Under the pieces are notes generated by a model, which searched no databases, was not told where the DNA came from, and was given only the letters and a program-made list of their open reading frames with translations. 64,000 nt of DNA from a virus. Position numbers and translations under genes: made by a program. Location: positions 73,719 to 137,718 of IMG/VR virus record IMGVR_UViG_2757320370_000007; one strand, written 5' to 3'. This document shows positions 19,317 to 28,475 of this stretch, in pieces. Numbering within the stretch: position 1 is the first letter of the stretch; the number at the start of each line of letters is the position of its first letter.

Positions 19317-19586
19317 TTATTTATCTTCGACTATTTTCCAAACGTTGATGTTCTGTTGCTCTATCATATTGTCTGTTAGGATATTTGTGCTTTCGTGTCC
19401 GGTCAGACTAACAAATACCAACTGTTTATATTCCGTATTCGGTGCTTTATAGGCCGAGTTGTCTATAACTTGATCTTTCCAAGCAATTTCACAGCCATTT
19501 GATTTTACTGCTTTCATTTTATAATTCTTCGCTAGTATTTGGAGAACTTCAAATAAATTTAAATTTTCCACTCTTACCGCCTCCAC
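19317..19586 (-). CDS. Hypothetical protein (weak Tad2/DUF2829-like termini)
   Basis: LNLFEVLQILAKNYKMKAVK...VWKIVE. Confidence 0.35.
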   Translation of the reverse strand: MEAVRVENLNLFEVLQILAKNYKMKAVKSNGCEIAWKDQVIDNSAYKAPNTEYKQLVFVSLTGHESTNILTDNMIEQQNINVWKIVEDK

Positions 19587-19617
19587 ACTATGTATTGTGT
19601 TCCTCTTATTATTTACT

Positions 19618-19667
19618 ATAATACACTATCCGCAACAACAAGTCAATTATAATATATGTTTACTATA
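19618..19667 (-). promoter_or_regulatory. SigA early promoter with upstream repeat motif
   Basis: TTGACT-17-TATTAT; TATAGTAAACATATAT at 19652-19667. Confidence 0.75.
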
Positions 19668-19695
19668 TAAAAAGAAAACTACATGACAACTTTTA

Positions 19696-20160
19696 TCACC
19701 CATCTATAATTATCACCTCGCCGCCAACATTCATGATCTCAGCTCTAAACCCTCCAGACTCCTCTATAATCCCAATCAATGCGCATCCCTTGTTCCAGAA
19801 CAAATGATCCTCCACGTTCTCACTAAAGCGCTCAGACGATCCATAAGCACGATATACGCACTTAGATGGAATATTCCATTCAATTTCCTCTTCATTCATA
19901 TAAATTTCATGAAACACAAATCTACCTTGAGGAGTACAGATAATTACACCTGAATAAGTGTAACCACAATCGGCAAACATGTTGATATCTTCCCAAGTAG
20001 CAATACTGTACTCTAAACCTGACTCTATCGCCTCTTGCTCAGTCTGGAATATGTATTCGGAGTAAATAACGTTACCTTTGTCAGAGAGTCTGTCCGTAGC
20101 GACAGCGGCGTAATACAACGTGATTTCGTTTCTTCTACTATAATCCTCGGCAATGTTCAT
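19696..20160 (-). CDS. Hypothetical acidic protein
   Basis: ORF track; AAGGGGG RBS. Confidence 0.6.
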   Translation of the reverse strand: MNIAEDYSRRNEITLYYAAVATDRLSDKGNVIYSEYIFQTEQEAIESGLEYSIATWEDINMFADCGYTYSGVIICTPQGRFVFHEIYMNEEEIEWNIPSKCVYRAYGSSERFSENVEDHLFWNKGCALIGIIEESGGFRAEIMNVGGEVIIIDG

Positions 20161-20377
20161 TTCTTCATTTCCCCTTTTTATAAATCATAAAATAAGTATA
20201 ATAGGTTTGTCGTCCATCAGAGATGTTATAAAGACTAATTATGGGTTGATTTTGGACGCAAGTTAACAAAATATTACCTATGTTCAATAGAGTTAACATT
20301 TGATATAATACCAATATAAGGGATGTCCTTCTTCCTGTCAACTACATTTAACATCCGTTAACTAGGAGCGATTTATA

Positions 20378-21202
20378 TTGCAAACATTCAGTTTAAATAA
20401 CCAATTCGGATATCTTATAAAAGAATTGAGAAATAAAAGAAAGTGGTCTCTACGACAGGCTGGAAGTAAATCGGGATTGAGTGCTGCATATATATCTATG
20501 TTAGAGCGTGGGCAACATTCGACTAGTGGCAAGGAGATAAAGGTAACACCCGAGACAATATCGAAATTAGCGGCGGCTTATGAATATCCTTATAATATTC
20601 TGATGATTCGTGCGGGTTACAGAGAGACTGATGAAAAGAAAGATTTTTTTTATAAGGAAACCACACCTAAAGAAATCACTATCCATGAAAGCGAAGCAAA
20701 CTATGATGCTTATCTTGAATCATTACAAAATATTATTAATCCTCCAGTCAATAATCCTCCTTTTAGTTTTTTTGAGGAAACAATAGGAGAAAGAATCAGA
20801 AAATTACGTGATGAAAAGAAAATATCGGCGAAAGATTTATCAAGCGAATTAACTCAAACCTCAAATAAAGATGGATTTTTTACTTTTAGATTTTTCGAAG
20901 AAGAGGAAATTTTACGAATTGAAGATGACGAATTAAAACCAGATTCAGATTTTATCATTGCTATATCAGAATACTATAAAGTTTCTTGTGATTGGATATT
21001 GAGAGGAAAGGAATTTGAACATGATAAAACCAAACTAACAAATGAAAACAAATTACTCAACGAAAAGCAAGATATAGCCAATAATATAATTAAACAACTT
21101 CACGAATTGAAACATACAGTTAATCGAATGTCAATTGATCTAAATGAGACCTTAGAAGTCGCCGCATCAATCGAAGACAAAGAAAAGGCGCAAAGTGATT
21201 AA
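20378..21202 (+). CDS. Transcriptional regulator with two XRE HTH domains
   Basis: LIKELRNKRKWSLRQAGSKSGLSAAYISMLERG and IGERIRKLRDEKKISAKDLS. Confidence 0.85.
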   Translation: MQTFSLNNQFGYLIKELRNKRKWSLRQAGSKSGLSAAYISMLERGQHSTSGKEIKVTPETISKLAAAYEYPYNILMIRAGYRETDEKKDFFYKETTPKEITIHESEANYDAYLESLQNIINPPVNNPPFSFFEETIGERIRKLRDEKKISAKDLSSELTQTSNKDGFFTFRFFEEEEILRIEDDELKPDSDFIIAISEYYKVSCDWILRGKEFEHDKTKLTNENKLLNEKQDIANNIIKQLHELKHTVNRMSIDLNETLEVAASIEDKEKAQSD

Positions 21203-21264
21203 TTCACTAAGCGCCACTTCTTTAGTATTTAAATTGTTGTAAAAGACGGGTTTTATCAGATCAC

Positions 21265-21567
21265 TTATATATCATCATCTTGGGAATAATCGTATTCATA
21301 AGGACTCTCTTCTTCCTCAATAACTCTTTCCCTATATAATATGTAGGTCGCCTCTTTCAAGTTTGCATGACGCTCTTCTTCCAAAGCGAGAATCCACCCA
21401 TCAGAACCCAAAGAGTTTAAAACACCTATAAAGCTATGAGTATCATTAAACTCTTGGTGAATTTCATTTTCCTCATTCTCAGGATTGGTATACACATATG
21501 AGAAAATCCAAGAAAACCCATCACGATCAATACTTTTCAACAATTTCCCGTATTCATAATTTTTCAT
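21265..21567 (-). CDS. Hypothetical acidic protein
   Basis: ORF track; GAGGAG RBS. Confidence 0.6.
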   Translation of the reverse strand: MKNYEYGKLLKSIDRDGFSWIFSYVYTNPENEENEIHQEFNDTHSFIGVLNSLGSDGWILALEEERHANLKEATYILYRERVIEEEESPYEYDYSQDDDI

Positions 21568-21639
21568 ACTATCGTCTCCTCTCTTTAGATATAGTTAATA
21601 CGCAAAATCCATAAAATGGTTTCTAAATAAATAAGCATT

Positions 21640-22077
21640 TTATTGTGTTGAAAACTCAATATTAAGTTCTATAAGTTTTATCGTTGGTTCCCATTCTCTT
21701 TTATTAATACTTCCGGTATATGCAACATTATTATGTATTGAGAATTTATCTTTTGAACAAATGCCGTGACTTTCTAATTCAAGTAAAAATTCATTTTTTC
21801 GATTCAAGTTGTTACAGCGACAATACCACTGTGTAAGCAAATAAATTAATGTATCATCTAAATTAAATTCAAGTCGGGGGCTTGAAAGTTTCTTGTTTAT
21901 TTGTATGGTTGAATCTTCATTAGTCCAAAAATTCAGTGCCCCATGTGTTCCTCGAAAATTATTCGCATATTCAATCTTGCCAGTAAATTTCTCATTCCAT
22001 ATTTTAGAGGTGTAGAAATATGCCTTTTCTTTTAATTTCAAATTCTCATTTTCAAAATCAAATTCTTTCTTGCTCAA
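21640..22077 (-). CDS. SprT-like protein with lost HExxH
   Basis: NFRGTHG...IQINKKL...DTLIYLLTQW, where SprT has DTL.HE..H. Confidence 0.5.
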   Translation of the reverse strand: MSKKEFDFENENLKLKEKAYFYTSKIWNEKFTGKIEYANNFRGTHGALNFWTNEDSTIQINKKLSSPRLEFNLDDTLIYLLTQWYCRCNNLNRKNEFLLELESHGICSKDKFSIHNNVAYTGSINKREWEPTIKLIELNIEFSTQ

Positions 22078-22125
22078 AGCCTACACCTCCAAACTAGATT
22101 TTTTTTGATAATGTGATAACCTCAC

Positions 22126-25100
22126 TTACTCTTCTTCAATAAAATTCCCTTCGTTATCATATTCTTCAACATCGATACTATCAATAAAAACGTCTTTAAA
22201 GAACTTAATATCATCTTTATTCAGAACAATCATTAATGCCTCATCTTCCACTTTAACATAAACTCTTTCTTCATCTTTATTAAAATCATATCCCGCGATG
22301 CCCTCTAAACTATCCAAAGTACCAGGATGAGCAAACAGAATCAATTCATTCTCTGACCAACAATATGTGAGAAGCTCCAGTTCGTCAGCGGTGATATCAT
22401 AATGAGAATCGACATACCCTATTTGCTTGGGTAGTAGTTTTTTACCCTCGGTGTTGATAAGGTTCATTTTATCCTGAATAAATTGGATGTTCATTTTTAT
22501 TCCTCCCGTTATATGTATGAATTAATTGTACTACACTTTTATACGCTGGGCCGTAAAACAAGAATTTTATCAATTGTTGATCATTTGCAGACTATTGCTA
22601 GTAATAAAAGCTTTAACTTCTGAAACACCCCAAACTTCTTTTGTCCAATCTTTTATTCCACTTACAATATTCTCTACCCTATTAAACTCAACTGAAATTC
22701 CTTCTTCAATGAGTTTATCAAGGCATGAAGAATGTCTATATATCTCCATTTGATAAAATTCTTTATGCTCATCTTCGATAAATAGACCTTTTTTCCCTAA
22801 AAAGCAGAGTTTGATTTTTTTCTGCTCTAGTTCTGATAATACATTTTCAAAATTCACAATAATCTTTTTATTTTTCATTTCATATTCCTCCGTGTTCTAG
22901 TGAAATCACTCGTTTAATCTAATTTATCTATGTTGTACGTTACGGTTATTTGAAACGTGCAAAAGCTCCCATTAGACTAAACAGATCGTCATGATTATCA
23001 TATCTCAAAGTACATCCACCTGCATTAATTGACACTTTTCCATTTTTAAGAAAAGTAATTACAAAACTAGAAAATCGTCCAGTAGTATATTTTTTCTTTC
23101 CTTTAATTTTATTACTGACGATATCTACAGTATGAGAATTTAGGCTATCTAAAAAATGTCTGTACATTTCTATTTGACTCATCATTTTTCATTCCTCCAT
23201 TTTATCCTAGTTTTCAATTGTTTCTATTTTTACCGTACCCTTAGATAAAAACGAATCTGTTAAGATGAACTTACCATTCATATCAAAAAATTCATTGTTT
23301 CCATCTTCCGATCTGAGAAATGTCGCCACTTTAGAAAATGAACCGTAGTTGATCAGATAAATGTTTCCATTTTCCATTCTATTTGCCTCCTATGTATTAT
23401 CCTATAAATACATTTTACACTACTCACAATATATATTAAATAGTTTTATATATGTTTACGTTATAAAATATGGTTTTTATCGGGTTAAATAATCGGTTTA
23501 ATCTTCAGCCAGTAGTTTCCGTTTAAATAAATATCTATTGTTCCATCTTCGTTGAACTTAGTATCTTTGGCTTTAGGAATATCAAGCCACGAATCTCTTC
23601 CGTTAACAAGTGTTGTTATCGCATTGGTTTGAACCTTGTTGATTTCTCTTATTTGGCCTCCTGCCATTTCGGGCTTCATTGTATTTTCAATGAACTGAAT
23701 TTCCTTGCCTTTCTCCAGCCACTTTTTGAATTGAGACATATTTTTAATTGTCATTATAATTTCCCCTTTTCATTTATTGTTTTGTTGATACGTGTTAAAT
23801 ACTGAAATACCGTTTCAACAAAACATTTTTCAGAATTGAATCGTTCAACATTAGACCGTTCGTAAAATTCCCCGATTACAAAACCATCTTTGCGACTTAC
23901 AACCCAGGAACCAGAATAACGATTAAGTTCAGGTATATGTATTTTTTCAGACATTAACCGATCCTCCAATGTAGTTCATTCCATTATGGCAAGTCAACCA
24001 TTACCCAACCTTCATTATCATATCCTTGATAAACAACATATTCTTCATTCTCTTCTGTTACCATTAGGTCAACTCCAGTCCCATCTTCGTCATAGGCTGA
24101 AAAGTAAGCTCTATCCTCATCGGCCTCTGCTGCTTCGATTCCTGTCCAATATCCAGTGCTAATCAGAAAGTTCATAACCTTATGTTTATTCATTATTTTT
24201 ACCCTCCTTAATATTTTCTTTCTGAAATCCGGTTTTTATTTTATTTATTTATGCTTCGATTACATTTCTTTCATCTGCCATGGCCCATTTAAAATATGCT
24301 TTATCTCTTGCTTCTTCAATGTCCCCTGCCCAGATCCCATGCCTTTTTGCTGTTCCACTATTTGTAACATCTACATGAAAGTATTTTTGTTTTTGTTCTG
24401 TTTCGGTTTTTGTGGCTTCATTCGGTGTCAAACACCCGTTAAGAAGCGAATATTCAATATGTTGTTTTATCATATCAATATTTTTATCTATCAGGATTTC
24501 TGTATTCTTTATTGCAGAATGTTTATCTACACTGTTATGAATAAAAGCAAGACCAGTTTTAACTAATGATGTATTAAACGTTCCATCTTCATTTTGGTGA
24601 GTAAAACATTCAATTCCGTTATATTGAAACCCTTCTCCATCCACTTTTAAAAATCCATGTTTCTTAGTTGCAATATAAAATTCCATATTTATTCCTCCTA
24701 TTACTTTCTTGATGAAATTATCATTTCACGTTGTCTTGATTAGACTTAAATTTACTGCGTCTGTCTGCTGCATATTCTTTTTTGAAAGTCTTCATAAACC
24801 ATGTGTTAAAACCTCTTAGATTTGCAAATGATTCATCATATGCTTTCTTTGCTTCTTTCCATTCAGGCATAGCTCTTACATGGTCTGGAGTCATTCCCAA
24901 AGCGTTCTTGCCATATTTATTAAATCCTTTCAATACATCGGAACAGGCGTTTGTTTGTTTTTGAAGTTTTTGTCCATTTGCTTTTGCTTCTTCGTAGATC
25001 ATATGTATTACCTCCCTAATTTAGATTAGCCTTCTACTTTAATAACAATATCAATCATCTCGTCCAGATCATCAACCAGTTTCTCATTCACTTTAATTTC

Positions 25101-25250
25101 ATCCTTATATATTTCAATTGTGCAATTATTAGTGTAGATCGAGCAGGTTGGAGAAATTGTAAATGTTTGTTCATCTCCAGATACTTCATGTTTAATGTTG
25201 TTTGAGCTAAGTGTACGAGTTACAGAGTTAACTAATTTCTGGATTGTCAT
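22126..25250 (-). CDS. Second array of small early hypothetical genes (22126-22494, 22570-22878, 22946-23185, 23207-23377, 23485-23754, 23754-23969, 23984-24193, 24249-24686, 24721-25002, 25026-25250)
   Basis: Co-oriented ORFs, mostly with GGAGG RBS; 23207-23377 read manually. Confidence 0.7.
23412..23463 (-). promoter_or_regulatory. SigA early promoter with upstream repeat motif
   Basis: TTTAAT-17-TAAAAT; TAACGTAAACATATAT at 23448-23463. Confidence 0.6.
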
Positions 25251-25280
25251 ATGTATTCACCTCTTATTTGGAATAACTAA

Positions 25281-25332
25281 AGTATATCATGAGTTAATCG
25301 TAATTACAATACAATTATATATGTTTACTTTA
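25281..25332 (-). promoter_or_regulatory. SigA early promoter with upstream repeat motif
   Basis: TTGTAA-17-TATACT with extended TG; TAAAGTAAACATATAT at 25317-25332. Confidence 0.75.
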
Positions 25333-25362
25333 TAAGTAATGAAGAAAGAGAATTAATTATCT

Positions 25363-28300
25363 CTATACTATATTTTGTTCTCCCCAATTCAACCTCGTAT
25401 ATCCGTTGTTATCTTTCTCTTTAGTCATTAGCATGTTAAGTATTCCAGAATCAACCCCAAAACGATCAAACAATTCATCATCGCTTATGTCATCATCTTT
25501 CATGAATAAATTCAATTTTTCTTTGCTGAGAATCAATTTAAGCAAATTATTTTCTATGCTATTATCGTAAGTTACATAATGTATTTCTTTATTATCTGAC
25601 TCCGAGTCAAAACGAATAAACCTCGCTGTAAATTGGTGTAAACTGGCGCCATTCCATGCTAATTCCGTGACTATGATTTTGTTTACATAATTTATACTAA
25701 CACTGCTTGAAAGTGATTGCTGAGTGCAAACCATGATAGGGTTAATTTCCTTTTTCATTTCAATTATCATTTCTTTGCGCTGCTTAAGACTCATATCCTC
25801 CCCTGTAACAATGAATAATGTGCGATCTGGAAATAGTTCTTTAATGCATCTAGCGTAACTATAGACAGTCTTCTTGAATCTACAACCGATTACAACGGGT
25901 TCACTATCCCACTTTTTAATCATAGAGAAAACTTTTTTAAACTTAGACGAATAACCCTTTCCTTCATATTCATCGAATAAGTGCGAAGCGCTGCAACTTC
26001 TAATAAGCATATTAAGTTGTTGTAAAATTTCTAACATTCTATCTTTCCTTGAATTCACTGTCTTATTTACTTTTCTAGCCATTTCGTAAAATTCTTCAAT
26101 TATCTTTTTGTATAATACATACTCATGATTATTAAATGTACATGTATCCTGATAAATATTGGCTATAGATCTACCTGTTATCTCTTCAAATGTTCTAGTA
26201 ATAATGGTTGAGTCAATAAGGTTTTTTAATATATCAGAGTTATAAATATGTTGTGTTGCCTGAGATACACCAAAGACAGTTATTTTCTCTGGTATATGGC
26301 TTTCCTGGAATAGGTTTTGCCCCTTGCGATATTGTGGGTATGGTTTTAAATAGTGTACATTTCGTTCTGTTTTTAATTCTTTAGTTTTTTTATCCTGTAC
26401 GTAGATATCTTCACAGTGATTTATAAAATTCACCGATGAATTAAACAATAAATTGAATTGTGGAAATGCCTCTCCTATTGAATTTCGAACACTGGTTCCA
26501 GTTGTCAAAAGTTTATATTTTGCATTCTTAAATACATTTAAGGTTGCTTTAGTTCTTTTGCTTGTCATTGTCGCTATGCTGTCAGATTCATCCAACACTA
26601 GGCCAATTTTTCGCCCATTTAATCGAATCAATTTCTTTATTTGTACTTGGTATTTAACTAGCATATTAAACGTCACTAAAACGATATCAGAAGGCTTTAT
26701 GCTTGCTATGGATTTTAATGAATCAACCTTAACGAATGGAATTCCATAACTAGTTAAAACAGATTCGAACGTGCCAGTTATTGCAATTGCAGGAGCAACA
26801 ATAAACATATTTTTAACATGCTTGTGTTGTAAATGATATTGGGCATAGGCAATAGCTGCCAAAGACTTACCACCTCCACAGTCCCACTGTAACAGGCCGT
26901 AACGCTTCTGAAGTATCTTGCCTATGTCTTTCTTTTGAATATCGTTTAACTCAATTATGCGGTCATTCAGAGAGTCATTAAGCCTATATTTATTCAACCA
27001 TTCAGAAATATAATCAACTTGCTCCATATCTTTGAATGGCTTACTTTGTTGCTTATATGCTTTAATTTTCTTATTCAATAATTTTCTATATTTTTGATCC
27101 TCAAACGGGTATTCACCCTTTAAAATCATATTGTTAAAACTAACTTCTTTTGTCCCTGTAAACCTCGACAAGTAGATTTTATTTTTGTGTGAATATCCCT
27201 TTAGCTTTAGGCCGCTATTGGTTTTAACTAATTTAATACAGTCTTGTTCCACTTTATGTTGATTCTTTAACACTCGTTTCAGATATGACAATACTTTGTT
27301 TGGTGTTAGCCGTACTTTTTCCCATTCTTCGAATTTAATTCCTTCGGGTTTCTTTTGATTATGAAATTTATTTACATACTCAACACACTTTGTGTAATTC
27401 TTATTAATACTTTTTGTTCGCTTAATATCGAATAGGTATTTTGTAACTTTTGATTGAAATTCTATATCATTCTTATTATCTTTTTGGTTAATCTGCATCT
27501 GTTCAAAGAATAATTTATGTTTTAGTCTTTCTTTATTTTCTATTACTGGAGCTATGTATTTGTTGTAAATTGATTCTCTGTTTGCATCCGAAATACTACC
27601 TAACATTGAGATACTATTGTTGTATGGTTTATCACTTGTTACATGTTCACTCTTTTTAGAAAAGAACATAATTTTTGTGCGGAATTTATCAACTCCTGTA
27701 GACTTAAAAGAATCAGAAGGTAACTCGACTTGATAAATGAAGTCATACATATCATTCATTTGCCTTATCATCCCACTATCTGAAAAATCATCTGCTAGAA
27801 AAGAAACTGGAACAATTAATGCCAGTATCCCGCATGGCTTCAGAAGTTCATGGGCCTTCATGCAATAATATAACTGGCTTAGATATTCAGTCCTATTGAT
27901 GTGTAATTTAAGGTTATAGGGCGGATTACCTATAATACAATCGAAGGTTATTCCTGGGTTATATTCTCGGATATCACTACATGTTGCGTTAATTTCAGGG
28001 TATAGATATTTCATAATTCTATAGTTATTTATATTCAATTCATTAGCATATACATTTTGCTGATTAGGTAACCAGTTAATAAAGTTACCGCTTCCTGCCG
28101 TTAAATCTGCAACTAATTGATGTTGATCAATCTTTAAGCAGTTAACGAGAAATTTAGATAATTGGTGAGGCGTAAAGAATTCTCCGACTTCTCTTAACTT
28201 CTTGGCTTCAGTGAATGAGTAAAAGGAATCAAAGTCTTTAAATTCTAAACCATGCAAACCGCCCGAACCTGAATGCAAGTCGTATATATTTTGCTTAGAT

Positions 28301-28404
28301 ATTCCATATTTTGAACAACTATCATTCTGTATCATAAACTGAATCTTTTCGTTTATTTCTTTGCGCTTGTTTTGTGGTACTACTTTATCTGAAATTTCAT
28401 ACAT
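25363..28404 (-). CDS. N6-adenine DNA methyltransferase-SF2 helicase fusion (DarB-like architecture)
   Basis: GEFFTP, ADLTAGSGNF, GNPPY; Walker A DCGGGKS, LDESD, TGT; likely ATG at 28404. Confidence 0.8.
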   Translation of the reverse strand: MYEISDKVVPQNKRKEINEKIQFMIQNDSCSKYGISKQNIYDLHSGSGGLHGLEFKDFDSFYSFTEAKKLREVGEFFTPHQLSKFLVNCLKIDQHQLVADLTAGSGNFINWLPNQQNVYANELNINNYRIMKYLYPEINATCSDIREYNPGITFDCIIGNPPYNLKLHINRTEYLSQLYYCMKAHELLKPCGILALIVPVSFLADDFSDSGMIRQMNDMYDFIYQVELPSDSFKSTGVDKFRTKIMFFSKKSEHVTSDKPYNNSISMLGSISDANRESIYNKYIAPVIENKERLKHKLFFEQMQINQKDNKNDIEFQSKVTKYLFDIKRTKSINKNYTKCVEYVNKFHNQKKPEGIKFEEWEKVRLTPNKVLSYLKRVLKNQHKVEQDCIKLVKTNSGLKLKGYSHKNKIYLSRFTGTKEVSFNNMILKGEYPFEDQKYRKLLNKKIKAYKQQSKPFKDMEQVDYISEWLNKYRLNDSLNDRIIELNDIQKKDIGKILQKRYGLLQWDCGGGKSLAAIAYAQYHLQHKHVKNMFIVAPAIAITGTFESVLTSYGIPFVKVDSLKSIASIKPSDIVLVTFNMLVKYQVQIKKLIRLNGRKIGLVLDESDSIATMTSKRTKATLNVFKNAKYKLLTTGTSVRNSIGEAFPQFNLLFNSSVNFINHCEDIYVQDKKTKELKTERNVHYLKPYPQYRKGQNLFQESHIPEKITVFGVSQATQHIYNSDILKNLIDSTIITRTFEEITGRSIANIYQDTCTFNNHEYVLYKKIIEEFYEMARKVNKTVNSRKDRMLEILQQLNMLIRSCSASHLFDEYEGKGYSSKFKKVFSMIKKWDSEPVVIGCRFKKTVYSYARCIKELFPDRTLFIVTGEDMSLKQRKEMIIEMKKEINPIMVCTQQSLSSSVSINYVNKIIVTELAWNGASLHQFTARFIRFDSESDNKEIHYVTYDNSIENNLLKLILSKEKLNLFMKDDDISDDELFDRFGVDSGILNMLMTKEKDNNGYTRLNWGEQNIV

Positions 28405-28475
28405 TCCCTTGCCCTCCAATAAAAAGGAACCAGTGTAACAAATAACTGATTCCAATATGTATTTATATATTTACT

